A DNA stretch of 63,627 nucleotides from Pyrinomonadaceae bacterium (GCA_035646955.1 DASROI010000030.1:1-63627), one strand, 5' to 3'; shown: positions 35,765 to 45,550, counted from the stretch's first letter. Numbers and translations are program-made. Notes: generated by a model from the sequence alone, not told the origin.

Positions 35765-36829
35765 TTAAACAGTTCTCATTTGTGGATCGAGTGCGTCTCG
35801 TAAACCATCGCCCAGGAAGTTCAGGGAGAAAAGGGTGAGCGCCATGGTTACGCCCGGAAAGATAAGCTGCCATGGGAAAATAGCGATGTTCTGTACGCCA
35901 TCAGCGGCTAAGCTACCCCAGGAAGCAAGCGGAGCTTGAACACCGAATCCGAGATAAGAGAGAAAAGCCTCGGTCAGCATGATCTGAGGAATCGTCAGTG
36001 TGGCATAAACGATAACTGGTCCAAGTGTGTTCGGAACGAGATGACGAAATACGATCTTGGTATTCGAAACGCCGGTTGCGCGAGCAGCAAGAACAAACTC
36101 CTGGTTCTTAAGTGACAAAACCTGACCGCGTACAATTCGGGCCATCGTTAGCCACGAAACTGAACCAAGCGAAATGAACAACAGGATCAACTGGCCCCGC
36201 GCAGTTTGACTACGAAACATCGACAACAAGACGATAACGACGATCACGTACGGCAGTGAATAGAGAACATCTACAAATCGCATCATCACATCGTCGACCC
36301 GACCACCTGCATAGCCGGCGACCGCCCCGTAAGTTACTCCAATCAACAGCGAGACAAGGGTGGCAATGATACCGACGAAGAGTGAAATCTGGCCGCCTTG
36401 CATGACCCGAGCTAATTGATCTCGGCCCGCGTTGTCAGTCCCCATCGGGTGTGTCCACGAAAACTCCCCGTTTGGTCCAGTAAACGGAGGAAACGATTTG
36501 ACCAGCCTGGGGTCGTTAGAGGGGATATAGTCCGGTGTAAAACCCAACGTGCGCTTGATCACGGTTGGACCAGCAACCGAAATAATCGTTACAAGGACGA
36601 CCACGACCAGGCCAAAGACCGCCAGTTTATTTCTGAGAAGACGACGCCATGCATCTTGCCAAAGTGATGTACCGCGTACAAATTCATGCTGCGGTCCAGG
36701 ATCTACATCACCCTCGGCCACTGCCATTTCCTGTCCGACATGAAGCATGTCCGGATCCACTGGATTGAGCCTGGACTCAATGTGGTCTTCTGCTTCGGTT
36801 AGCTCTCTCTTTTCTGATTCGAGGTCCAT
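35765..36829 (-). CDS. peptide ABC transporter permease (OppC/DppC-type)
   Basis: 354 aa, polytopic, with the EAA-loop region LAARATGVSNTKIVFRHLVPN. Confidence 0.88.
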   Translation of the reverse strand: MDLESEKRELTEAEDHIESRLNPVDPDMLHVGQEMAVAEGDVDPGPQHEFVRGTSLWQDAWRRLLRNKLAVFGLVVVVLVTIISVAGPTVIKRTLGFTPDYIPSNDPRLVKSFPPFTGPNGEFSWTHPMGTDNAGRDQLARVMQGGQISLFVGIIATLVSLLIGVTYGAVAGYAGGRVDDVMMRFVDVLYSLPYVIVVIVLLSMFRSQTARGQLILLFISLGSVSWLTMARIVRGQVLSLKNQEFVLAARATGVSNTKIVFRHLVPNTLGPVIVYATLTIPQIMLTEAFLSYLGFGVQAPLASWGSLAADGVQNIAIFPWQLIFPGVTMALTLFSLNFLGDGLRDALDPQMRTV

Positions 36830-36840
36830 ACTCGTTGTTT

Positions 36841-37764
36841 CTAATATCTGACTCTTGGATCTAAAAACGCGTACGCGACGTCGACTACAAGATTCATCAA
36901 AAGCAGGGTAATGGCGATAAAAGCCACGATTCCAATAATCAGTGGCTCATCCCGATTAAGAGAGGCCTGAATAAAGTAATTTCCCAGCCCGGGTAGAGCG
37001 AAAATCCTCTCAACGACGACCGTCCCGGTCAGCAGAAATGCCAGGGCAGGACCAGTGTAAGAAACGACCGGCATTAAACCACCGCGGAGTGCGTGCCGGA
37101 CAACCACTTGCGTCTCACTCAAACCCTTTGCGCGAGCTGTGCGAATGTAATCCGAGCGCAAAACCTCGAGCATACCGGCTCTTGTTAAGCGCGCGATGTA
37201 GGCCATGTAGACCGCTGCAAGCGTAATTACCGGCAGTATCAGGTTCCGGCTGGGAAAGCCACCCCAACGAGAGGGCGGCAGCCAGTACAAACTCAGGGAG
37301 AAAACCAGTACCAGTATTGGACCAAGCACGAAGTTCGGTACCGAGATTCCAAGCATCGCCAGAGCCATCGAACTATGATCCCATTTTGAATTCTGTTTCA
37401 AAGCGGCGATGGAACCAGCCGTGATGCCAACAACGAGTGCGAGCACATAAGCGAGTAAACCTACGGCCGCCGAGATTGGCAGCGAGCGAAAGATAATTGA
37501 GTTGACCGATTGGCCCTCGTATTTCAGCGAGGTGCCGAAATCACGATGACCAATAATTGCCCACATCATTCTCCCGTACTGTTGATACCAGGGTTTATCC
37601 AGGCCGTACTTTTCGCGAATATTCTTCTCGATTGCAGCGGGCAGTTTTTTCTCGCCAGAATAAAAGTTACCAGGAGCAAGGCGCACCAGGGCCCACGTGA
37701 TCGTAATAACCACCAGGATTGTTGGAATTGTTATCAGAAGACGTCTGATTATGAATCGAACCAT
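36841..37764 (-). CDS. peptide ABC transporter permease (OppB/DppB-type)
   Basis: The ORF track starts at the GTG at 37791. The ATG at 37764 gives the typical MVRFIIRRLL N-terminus. EAA loop: ARAKGLSETQVVVRHALRGGLMP. Confidence 0.88.
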   Translation of the reverse strand: MVRFIIRRLLITIPTILVVITITWALVRLAPGNFYSGEKKLPAAIEKNIREKYGLDKPWYQQYGRMMWAIIGHRDFGTSLKYEGQSVNSIIFRSLPISAAVGLLAYVLALVVGITAGSIAALKQNSKWDHSSMALAMLGISVPNFVLGPILVLVFSLSLYWLPPSRWGGFPSRNLILPVITLAAVYMAYIARLTRAGMLEVLRSDYIRTARAKGLSETQVVVRHALRGGLMPVVSYTGPALAFLLTGTVVVERIFALPGLGNYFIQASLNRDEPLIIGIVAFIAITLLLMNLVVDVAYAFLDPRVRY

Positions 37765-37826
37765 ACGTTCCAGCCGGCGGATATCCGGCACATCAATTTA
37801 TCGAACAGTGCGTGCAAGCATCCAGC

Positions 37827-39806
37827 TTAACGTTGTGCCGACAGTTCCTCGTTGAGACTTGGCGCCGTCATGTCCCATTTAGCCCGGTCACGTTCGATGT
37901 ACACGTATTTCCAAGGGAACAGAGACCCGGGGTTTGGGTACATACCTTTCACATAGGGCTTCTTAACCCAGTTGACGGCAGACGTATCGATGGGGATGAC
38001 CGGCTGATTGTCGATCATGTATTTCTCTGCCTGGGCCAGCAGCTCGTATCGCTTTTTTGGATCGAGCATTCGATTTGCCTCATCAAGCATAGCCACATAT
38101 TTCGGATCCAACCATCCAGTGCCACTTTCGCCGCCAGTATAAAACAGACTCAAAAACGTAAATGGATCCATGTAATCGGCCGACCATGCGCTGCGCGAAA
38201 ACCCACTGTAATCAAGCTTCGATCGGGTCTCCAGAAATGTCTTCCACTCCATATTGCGCAGGCTGATGGTAACGCCGAGGTTTTGCTTCCACTGCGCCTG
38301 CATCCATTCGGCCATCGCCTTGTTCGATTCCTGGGTATTGTAAATGTATTCGACTTTATCAACCGGAAACTTCGGACACGAAAAGCTACCGTCCGAATTT
38401 TTCGTTACGGGAAAACCAGCCTCGCCGAGTAATTGCCGAGCACGTTCAGGATTAAACTGATCGCCTTTAGGTTGCGGATAACCCTGGAAAATTCCTTCAG
38501 GCGTAAAAGCCGTCAAAGGTTTAACGATTTTTCGCCACTTGGCCCAGGCTTCTTTGTCGATCGCAAAGTTGAAGGCCTTTCGTACGCGAACATCGTTCAT
38601 GGGCGGCCTCGTTACGTTGATCTGTAGAAAATCGATCGCTGCCTCTGAACCATCCATGTAATCTTTTTTGGTGCGCACTGTCTCGAGCCACGCATTCGGC
38701 ACCGTATGATTGAGGACCGCATCTACTTCGCCAACCTTATAAAGATTCATGATCGACGGATTGTCAGCCATCGGATAAAAGTGGATTTCGTCCAACTTAA
38801 CCGTCGCGGCGTCCCAATACATCGGATCTCGTTCAACCACCAGGGTATCGTACGGCTTCCATGTTTTTACCTTGAATGGACCACAAGTCACGATGTGGTT
38901 TGGCTCGGTCCAGCGATTTCCGTACTGCTCGACGGTCTTTCTGTTAACCAGGCGAAAAACCTGGTGGGCCAGGAGTCCGGTAAAGAAAGGAGCAGGTTGG
39001 ACCAACGAGATTCTCAGGGTGTAGTTATCGACCGCCTCTACGCCAATGTCTTCAGCCCGGACCGGTACGAACTCTTTTCCCGCCACGGCACTCTTCAATT
39101 TCGCATCTTGATTTAACCGGTCGTTGCGCTTTTTTTCATCTCCAGGCAAGACCAGGCGCAAGGGCGAATGCATTTCCTGGTGAAACCCTGAATCCGCCAC
39201 GGGTGTCGATCTTTGCGCGGTGGTTGGGTATTCGCTAGTGCCAGGAGCGATTGGCTTCAGGCTGACAGGCTCGTTGGCATCTTCGTTAGAAAAATCCTTT
39301 GCCAGGAGAAATTTGCCTGTCTGCTGATCCCGTACGAATACCATCCCGGAGTTATAGGCCTGGGCGTTCTTTATGTAGTAAGCAAGATAAGCATTGCGAG
39401 AAGCTAACTCTTTAGAGAGGGCACGCCTGAAGGTGTAAACAAAGTCATTCGCATCGATCGGATCACCATTGGACCAGCGCCCGTTATGACGCAAATGGAA
39501 AGTAAGCTCGGAAGAATCATTATTGACTTCCCATGTTTCTGCTAAAGCCGGGTTGGGAGCAAGCGTCTTACCGTCGTAGTCAACCAGTCCATCGTAGAGG
39601 GCCATATAGATACGAGCTTCTGGTTGACCAGTGCTTATAGCCGGATCGAGCGATTCGGGCTCGTCACCAGTCACATAACGGAGGATGTTACGTTCTGGTG
39701 GGACAGTCTTTCCGAAGAAGGTTTCGTTACGTGAGGTGTCGGTGCACGAGATCATTGTGCATACCGTTGCGACAAACAGAAAGATTGTGACGCAGACTCT
39801 ATTCAT
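37827..39806 (-). CDS. peptide ABC transporter substrate-binding lipoprotein (SBP family 5, OppA/DppA-type)
   Basis: The ORF track starts at the TTG at 39833. The ATG at 39806 gives a lipoprotein-like signal, MNRVCVTIFLFVATVCTMISC. The length and the LTFHLRHNGRWSNGDPIDANDFVYTF motif are typical of family 5 SBPs. Confidence 0.88.
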   Translation of the reverse strand: MNRVCVTIFLFVATVCTMISCTDTSRNETFFGKTVPPERNILRYVTGDEPESLDPAISTGQPEARIYMALYDGLVDYDGKTLAPNPALAETWEVNNDSSELTFHLRHNGRWSNGDPIDANDFVYTFRRALSKELASRNAYLAYYIKNAQAYNSGMVFVRDQQTGKFLLAKDFSNEDANEPVSLKPIAPGTSEYPTTAQRSTPVADSGFHQEMHSPLRLVLPGDEKKRNDRLNQDAKLKSAVAGKEFVPVRAEDIGVEAVDNYTLRISLVQPAPFFTGLLAHQVFRLVNRKTVEQYGNRWTEPNHIVTCGPFKVKTWKPYDTLVVERDPMYWDAATVKLDEIHFYPMADNPSIMNLYKVGEVDAVLNHTVPNAWLETVRTKKDYMDGSEAAIDFLQINVTRPPMNDVRVRKAFNFAIDKEAWAKWRKIVKPLTAFTPEGIFQGYPQPKGDQFNPERARQLLGEAGFPVTKNSDGSFSCPKFPVDKVEYIYNTQESNKAMAEWMQAQWKQNLGVTISLRNMEWKTFLETRSKLDYSGFSRSAWSADYMDPFTFLSLFYTGGESGTGWLDPKYVAMLDEANRMLDPKKRYELLAQAEKYMIDNQPVIPIDTSAVNWVKKPYVKGMYPNPGSLFPWKYVYIERDRAKWDMTAPSLNEELSAQR

Positions 39807-40018
39807 GTTGCTCAGCAGAATCACTCCACTCAAAGCCCGGGGATCTGGGCCGCTAGCACGGTTAATAAAGCAGCGAGCTTGAGTACCCGCCTTGTGAGGA
39901 ACTGGGGAGAGACTCCAGGAACGGTGAAAGACGGGTGAAAATTACCATGCAAAGAAAGCGCAAAGCAAGAAATTACTAGTGCTTTCTACTATGAGCTTTG
40001 TGAGCGTACTCTCAGCAA

Positions 40019-40672
40019 TCACTCCTTAACCGCATAGCCGAGTCCATCGCCGATCGGTAAAACTTCGGCAAGCAGGCGAGGATGATTCACAAAGTACGCA
40101 TTGAACTCTCGGAGGGCTACGGTTGAAGCATCACTATCATTAGCCGCATTTTCAACTGCAACTTTCCCACCCCATAGAAGGTTGTCGACAATAATCACTC
40201 CTCCAGGTCTTAACATTGGAATGCCGAGGTCGAGATATTGCTTATATTCTTCTTTGACCGCATCGATATACAGAAGATCGAAATTGTCCTCGATGCCCGG
40301 CATAACGTCGAGGGCTTTGCCTCTTTCAATCTTAACCTGGCCCATAAGGTTTGCTCGATCGAGAAAACCTGAGGCAGCGCTGATCATTTCCTCATTTGGT
40401 TCAATCGTGACCACCAGGCCGCGCTCTCCCATCCCTCGAGCAAGATGGACCACCGAATAGCCAATCGCCATTCCAATCTCGAGGGCCTTGCGAGCCTGGG
40501 TGGTACGAGCCGTTATCTCCAGGAATCTGGCAACTTCACGGTCAGCAATCGGAACATGATGCTCCGCAGCGTACTTTTCCATCTCGGCCAGTAAGGGATC
40601 GTTGTTGGTTAAAAGACTATCGAGGTATTCCGCTTGTTCGCGTTGAATAATTGCGTCAACCCTTGCTTTCAT
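40019..40672 (-). CDS. class I SAM-dependent O-methyltransferase (family 3, caffeoyl-CoA OMT/YrrM-like)
   Basis: 217 aa with ALEIGMAIGYSVVHLA, FDLLYIDAVKEEY and GGVIIVDNLLWGG. Confidence 0.85.
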   Translation of the reverse strand: MKARVDAIIQREQAEYLDSLLTNNDPLLAEMEKYAAEHHVPIADREVARFLEITARTTQARKALEIGMAIGYSVVHLARGMGERGLVVTIEPNEEMISAASGFLDRANLMGQVKIERGKALDVMPGIEDNFDLLYIDAVKEEYKQYLDLGIPMLRPGGVIIVDNLLWGGKVAVENAANDSDASTVALREFNAYFVNHPRLLAEVLPIGDGLGYAVKE

Positions 40673-40689
40673 TTTTCCTCCAGAAAATT

Positions 40690-40715
40690 GTAGGGGCGGC
40701 CCTTCATGGCCGCCC
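40690..40715 (-). terminator. GTAG-headed GC-rich palindrome, likely also the terminator of the NtrC-type gene
   Basis: GTAGGGGCGGCCcttcatGGCCGCCC has an 8-bp perfect stem. On the minus strand the hairpin is followed by CTACAATTTTCT. It shares the GTAGGGGCG head with the pair at 45463-45550. Confidence 0.5.
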
Positions 40716-40774
40716 GCTCCTGATCAGATTGCTAAGACTTCTTATTGAGGGTAGCCTACCACGCCACCAGCATA

Positions 40775-42235
40775 TCAACTGTCGGAATTATCTGGCGGGG
40801 CGCCGCCCACCGAAACGTACCGGCGACCGAGGCCGAGCTGACGTAGTTTATGCTGAAGCGACTGGCGATGCATGTCGAGAATCTCAGCGGCACGGGTCAC
40901 ATTTCCCTGCGTATACTCAAGGCATCGCGTTATATACCGCCTTTCAAACTCTCGACGGTCCTCACGAAAATCGGCGGTAAAGGGCACTCGCACTCCATCA
41001 TTTTCACCGGACCCTTCACCATCGGCTGGTACGGAGCTACGCATGCCGGCTGTGATTTCATCAGGAAGGTCGCTGACTCTAATCTCGTCGCCTTCAGCCA
41101 TGATAACAGCGCGGTCGATAGTGTTTCTTAACTCGCGTACATTTCCCGGCCAATTGTATTCAACCAGTCGTTTAAGAGTTCCCTGCCCCAGCGATCTTTG
41201 GGGCAACTCGTATCTTTCCGCCGCGAGCCGTACAAATGTTTCGGCCAGCATAGGGATATCTTCGCGCCTGTCTCGAAGTGGTGCGATGTCAACGGTTACA
41301 ACGCGCAAACGGTAGAATAGGTCAGCCCTAAAGTTACCGTTTGCTATCTCTTGTTCTAATGGACGGTGAGTAGCGCTGACGATGCGAACATCAACGGGGA
41401 TGGAATCATTGCCACCGAGTCTCTCGATCCGTCGTTCCTCAAGAGCTCGAAGAAGTTTTGCCTGGACGTTCGAGCTCATGTCCCCGATTTCGTCAAGGAA
41501 AAGTGTGCCTCCGTCGGCCTGTTCAAACTTCCCTTCACGCCTTGCCGCCGCGCCAGTAAAGGCGCCCTTTTCATGACCAAATAACTCTGACTCTATTAGC
41601 TCGGAGGGTAACGCGGCACAATTAACAGCCACGAATGAAGCGTTGCGACGGGCACTGTTTCGCTCGTGGATCTCGCGGGCAACCAGTTCTTTACCAGTTC
41701 CCGATTCACCGCGAACGAGCACGGTCGCGTCAGTTTCCGAAACCTTGTCAATCATCGCCCGCACGCGCTGCATTGCATCGGAATTCCCGATCAGCGAACC
41801 CCTTTGATTGCGTTCAACTTCAATTCGACGTCGCAGTGAAAAGTTTTCCCGCCGGAGTTGAACAGTTTCAGCAGCATTCTTCACAACCAATCGAAGGTCA
41901 TCGAGTTCGAAAGGCTTTGACAGGTAATCGTAAGCACCTGCCTTGACTGCTTCAACCGCCATCCGCTCGGAACCATGGGCCGTAACTATTATGACAAGTG
42001 GTCCATTGCCATTGGAGGCTTTGATCTCTTTCAGGAATTCGAGACCGCTCATTCCCGGTAAATTTACGTCAAGCAACAACAGGTCGGCGTCCTGTTGCTT
42101 AAGAAGCGCGCGTGCGGCTTCAGCTGAACCAGCCTCTGAAATGTTGTAACCAAAGGTAGTGAGGGCGCGGCGCATGCCGTAACGCGAGGCCTCTTCGTCA
42201 TCAACAATCATTAGTCGCAAAGTATCTTTTCTCAC
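40775..42235 (-). CDS. sigma-54-dependent response regulator (NtrC family enhancer-binding protein)
   Basis: 486 aa. Receiver: MIVDDEE, LLLLDVNLPGMSG. AAA+ sigma-54 activation domain: VLVRGESGTGKELVA, GAFTGA, GGTLFLDEIGDM. It has a C-terminal Fis-type HTH. The start is the GTG at 42235 (alternative ATG at 42211). Confidence 0.92.
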   Translation of the reverse strand: MRKDTLRLMIVDDEEASRYGMRRALTTFGYNISEAGSAEAARALLKQQDADLLLLDVNLPGMSGLEFLKEIKASNGNGPLVIIVTAHGSERMAVEAVKAGAYDYLSKPFELDDLRLVVKNAAETVQLRRENFSLRRRIEVERNQRGSLIGNSDAMQRVRAMIDKVSETDATVLVRGESGTGKELVAREIHERNSARRNASFVAVNCAALPSELIESELFGHEKGAFTGAAARREGKFEQADGGTLFLDEIGDMSSNVQAKLLRALEERRIERLGGNDSIPVDVRIVSATHRPLEQEIANGNFRADLFYRLRVVTVDIAPLRDRREDIPMLAETFVRLAAERYELPQRSLGQGTLKRLVEYNWPGNVRELRNTIDRAVIMAEGDEIRVSDLPDEITAGMRSSVPADGEGSGENDGVRVPFTADFREDRREFERRYITRCLEYTQGNVTRAAEILDMHRQSLQHKLRQLGLGRRYVSVGGAPPDNSDS

Positions 42236-42273
42236 TTCCGGGTAAGTTTAAGACCTGAAACCACAAATCCCCT

Positions 42274-42289
42274 AGCGCATCTCGTGCCA
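42274..42289 (-). promoter_or_regulatory. candidate sigma-54 (-24/-12) promoter upstream of the NtrC-type gene
   Basis: The minus strand reads TGGCACGAGATGCGCT against the consensus TGGCACG-N4-TTGCW. The invariant GG and GC are at the correct spacing, about 40 nt upstream of the GTG start. Confidence 0.4.
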
Positions 42290-42363
42290 CACTTTGGAAG
42301 TGCCCCGGCCCGGCGGCGCTTTGTCATCCCCACTCTCCTTCCCCGAGTCATCCCCTCCTCCAT

Positions 42364-42393
42364 AAAAAAAGGACGAGCAAACAGTGCTCGTCC
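42364..42393 (-). terminator. intrinsic terminator after the secreted-protein gene
   Basis: A 9-bp perfect stem (GGACGAGCA/TGCTCGTCC) with a 5-nt loop is followed on the minus strand by T7. Confidence 0.7.
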
Positions 42394-42446
42394 CTCGAAC
42401 TGCGCCAGCCCAAGCGCATTGGTATGCCAACCCCTTAATCAACCAC

Positions 42447-43100
42447 TCACCGCTGCGTACGCTTCGCAGATACCACCAGAATAATCGCATCACCCGACGG
42501 TCCAACATTCAGCGTACCCACAATAACCGGCTCACCTTCTCGCATGCTGATATCGGTCGCCAACCCCGTGTTCTCGTAATTGAAAACGGGAGCCGCGGAC
42601 GTCGATGCCACTGCCGCTCCGGTCTGAATCGGTATTCTCGCACCAAAGTTGAATCCGTTCATTTGAACTATCTGTTGGCCTTCGCTGTTGCGCGTAAGTT
42701 TCACATTGCGAACTTTGAACTGGCTGAAGCTTGGCGTAGCAGGCATGCTCGGCGATGAGTTTGCCAACGGGCCACCAATCCAGCTGAGCTCAAACCGACT
42801 TTCATTTTGCACTCTATTTATGAGAGTTGCCGCGAGCCGATAGTTCTTGAAAGGCAAAGTGGCTCGCAATTGCTTGATCACTGAATCTAATGACGCCGGT
42901 AACCGTGGATCCTCCACTTGCTGGTTGGTACCGACAATCAAGTACATCTGCGTATCTAGATTGATCTCGCTACTAGCATTGTCCTGCTGGTTAGTAGCTG
43001 CCGAGGCAGTTGCCTGGGCGCGAACACCGGCCGCACTAAAAGAAATTAGAATAAGACAGGCAACAAACGCGACGAACTTCAATAGTCTTTTGGAATTCAT
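42447..43100 (-). CDS. secreted protein of unknown function (217 aa)
   Basis: The ORF is open to 43184. The ATG at 43100 is preceded by GGAG and gives a signal peptide, MNSKRLLKFVAFVACLILISFSAAGVRAQA. I could not assign a family. Confidence 0.65.
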   Translation of the reverse strand: MNSKRLLKFVAFVACLILISFSAAGVRAQATASAATNQQDNASSEINLDTQMYLIVGTNQQVEDPRLPASLDSVIKQLRATLPFKNYRLAATLINRVQNESRFELSWIGGPLANSSPSMPATPSFSQFKVRNVKLTRNSEGQQIVQMNGFNFGARIPIQTGAAVASTSAAPVFNYENTGLATDISMREGEPVIVGTLNVGPSGDAIILVVSAKRTQR

Positions 43101-43353
43101 CAGGCTCAGCTCTCCTTCAAACGTAATCAGGGGACATTGGACCACATCCACTCGTTGTGGAGTTGCGGTAATAACTGGCAGCACACACGCCTGGCAAGCT
43201 TCAAAGTTCCCGATCCTGACTCAAATGCGCTTTTCACAGAAGGCGACATGCCTACTGTACCGCGAGCGAAGCGACCGGATGCTCACTGTCAACCTAAGCT
43301 TCGAGCCTCGGTGAATTTTCCGTTGAGTCGACCGTGCTGTCGCTTCGTTCCCC

Positions 43354-45456
43354 TTACTTCGCCATTGAGGCCACGAAGCTTGGCTGATCCGTTAACGGAA
43401 CACGTAGTTGAAATGATGCACCTGCACTCTCCTCGAGAGGCAATAAGACTGCACTACCACCGACTTCCTGAAGACGCTTTCTGACAATAGCTAATCCCAG
43501 ACCGGTACCGCGTTGACGAGTCGTAAAGAAAGGCTCCCAGATTTGATCGCGCAGACTTTCCGGGATACCGGACCCCGAGTCCTGGACGTTAATCAGCAGA
43601 TGTCCATCAACGGTAGATGCCGAAAGCATGATCCGTCCACCACGAGGAGTGGCCTGAAGCGAGTTCAAAAGGAGATTAGAGAGTGCATCGCGCAGAGCCG
43701 ATACTGATTTTCCGGTTAACTGCACATCAACCTTTACCTCGTAACTCAGTACAGTTCCCTGCTCGAGTGCGTTTACGCGAAAAAGATCGATGAGCGAACG
43801 AAAAAGCTCATCCGCGTTAAGTGGCTGCTCAGCCGGCGTCTCTCTTCGAGCAAAGCTCAGCAGCTGGGTAACACTTTGACTGAGGCGATCGGTCTCGCCG
43901 ACGATCAAACTAAGATCGCGGCCATAATCCTTACTCAGTGTTTCATCTTCCCTCATCACCTGGGCGATTGATTTGATTGCTGACAACGGGTTCTTGACCT
44001 CGTGCGCAACCGTGGCGGCCATTCGACCAAGCGCGGCGAGACGTTCACGTTCAGCAAGTTCACGCTCCAATCGCAGGTTCTCGTCCAGCAGGCGCCAGTC
44101 ATCAATCGCGATTGCCACCTGGTCGGCGAGGACTTCAATAATGGAACGCGCATCGTAAGTCATCCCGCTTGGACCAGCATCAACAGCCAACAGGCCGGCA
44201 ACTTTTTCCTCGCGTCGCATCGGATATGCAAGGGTGAAACCCTTTGCAGACAAAAGCTCATCATCTTCCACAGGTAACCATCCGCTCAAACGAGATTTTT
44301 CAAGCACCTGGCTCACCCAGGCATATGGCGCCAACTCGTCACCGTTAGTCGAGACTGGCCCAATCTCACCATCAACAAATATTTTGAGCTGCCGTATTCC
44401 GAGCGCATCAGTTGCTCGCTCTTCCACGAACAACAGAAGTTCCGAGATGTCCTTGTAGTGACCGCGGTATGAGCCAATTCTTGAAACAATCTCCTTGTAC
44501 AAGACTGCTTCTCTTTCAAACAGTCGATGGAAGCGCCGCGCAAGCCAACCACGTAGCGGCGCAGCAAATAGAGCCAACGCCAGAATTAACAAGGCTTCAA
44601 CCAGGCCCGGCCTGACTCCATACCGTTGGGTCAACCAATCCCCAATGGTCCGAATACCGAAGACGTAAACCGTCAACACAACCGTCGCGAACGTGACCAC
44701 GATGAGGCTCTCTTCGATGATCAGTTCCAGGTAACGATAGCGATAGATGTAATAGGCAAGGAGTGCTGAAGGCAGTAATGAGCCAAGGTTAGCGAGCGTC
44801 CTGAAGTAAGGACCTACAACTGTTCCTTCGCCGAGTCCAAACCCGAGTGCTGCAAAGATAAACACTCCGACACCCACAAAGGATGCGGCGAGCGTTTTCA
44901 TGATTTTTCGCTCGCTGGGATTTGAGGTATCGCGAGCGATCATCAACTCTGTTATGGCAATCAATCCGAGTACGTAGGCAATCCAGAATGAGAATGGAAT
45001 GACAAACATACCCAGCTTGGTGAGCATTGGCGCGTAATCGCCCGACCACAAACGCGGAATCGCGATAAGGAGAAAAACCGTCGGCAAGTAACAAAAATAA
45101 ACGCGTACTCGTTCACTTCGATTCAGAGGACGATCGTGAGCATTTGCCCAGAGATGGAGATGAACGTGGAGCAAAAACGAGTAAGCAAACGTGATACTAA
45201 CAACCGCGACCGTATCGGCAATTCTTAACAGGGTGGTCCAGCGGTCGAGGCCAAGATCAAATAGACCATGAAGCGTAATCAGCAGATTACTTGTGTGCCA
45301 GCCGCCCATGGTTACGGCGAGCAGGGCCAGCAATCGCTCAAGTGAGGAGAGTTTTTCGCGGTGTGAAACTAATTGAACGGCGAGCCAGAGCGGCAGCAGC
45401 GCCCCGACGCCATAACCAACGACTTGAAGGATTTCGAGTGGATCAAGTGGGAACAT
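43354..45456 (-). CDS. sensor histidine kinase with ~8-TM N-terminal domain and GAF-like linker
   Basis: 700 aa. H box: ATVAHEVKNPLSAIKS. N box: LSNLLLNSLQA. G1: VQDSGSGIP. G2: GTGLGLAIV. Confidence 0.9.
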   Translation of the reverse strand: MFPLDPLEILQVVGYGVGALLPLWLAVQLVSHREKLSSLERLLALLAVTMGGWHTSNLLITLHGLFDLGLDRWTTLLRIADTVAVVSITFAYSFLLHVHLHLWANAHDRPLNRSERVRVYFCYLPTVFLLIAIPRLWSGDYAPMLTKLGMFVIPFSFWIAYVLGLIAITELMIARDTSNPSERKIMKTLAASFVGVGVFIFAALGFGLGEGTVVGPYFRTLANLGSLLPSALLAYYIYRYRYLELIIEESLIVVTFATVVLTVYVFGIRTIGDWLTQRYGVRPGLVEALLILALALFAAPLRGWLARRFHRLFEREAVLYKEIVSRIGSYRGHYKDISELLLFVEERATDALGIRQLKIFVDGEIGPVSTNGDELAPYAWVSQVLEKSRLSGWLPVEDDELLSAKGFTLAYPMRREEKVAGLLAVDAGPSGMTYDARSIIEVLADQVAIAIDDWRLLDENLRLERELAERERLAALGRMAATVAHEVKNPLSAIKSIAQVMREDETLSKDYGRDLSLIVGETDRLSQSVTQLLSFARRETPAEQPLNADELFRSLIDLFRVNALEQGTVLSYEVKVDVQLTGKSVSALRDALSNLLLNSLQATPRGGRIMLSASTVDGHLLINVQDSGSGIPESLRDQIWEPFFTTRQRGTGLGLAIVRKRLQEVGGSAVLLPLEESAGASFQLRVPLTDQPSFVASMAK

Positions 45457-45462
45457 CGAACC

Positions 45463-45550
45463 GTAGGGGCGTCACTCTCCGTGGGCGCCCCTTGTCGCCA
45501 GACTGAGGCTCCGTTTCGGCAACGGGCGTCCACGGAGTTGACGCCCCTAC
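45463..45550. repeat. REPIN-like inverted doublet of GTAG-headed palindromic elements
   Basis: GTAGGGGCGTCACTCTCCGTGGGCGCCCCT (45463-45492) closely matches the reverse complement of GGGCGTCCACGGAGTTGACGCCCCTAC (45524-45550). Each copy is itself a hairpin. Together they fill most of the 96-nt gap between the OmpA stop and the kinase start. Confidence 0.75.

Noticed and set aside
37812-38432. 206-aa plus-strand ORF opposite the OppA-type gene. Similar antisense ORFs occur at 11998-12426, 20170-20607, 26053-26532, 34578-35009, 40872-41315, 42847-43314, 50829-51314 and 56324-56836.
   Set aside because: All of them lie antisense within confidently assigned genes, lack motifs and have skewed composition. 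I treat them as frame artefacts.
43177-43193. Quasi-palindromic GG-N10-GC element, readable on both strands, upstream of the secreted-protein gene.
   Set aside because: The -24 hexamer matches poorly on the relevant minus strand (AGGCGT against TGGCAC). The better plus-strand reading has no downstream plus-strand gene. It is too weak to call.
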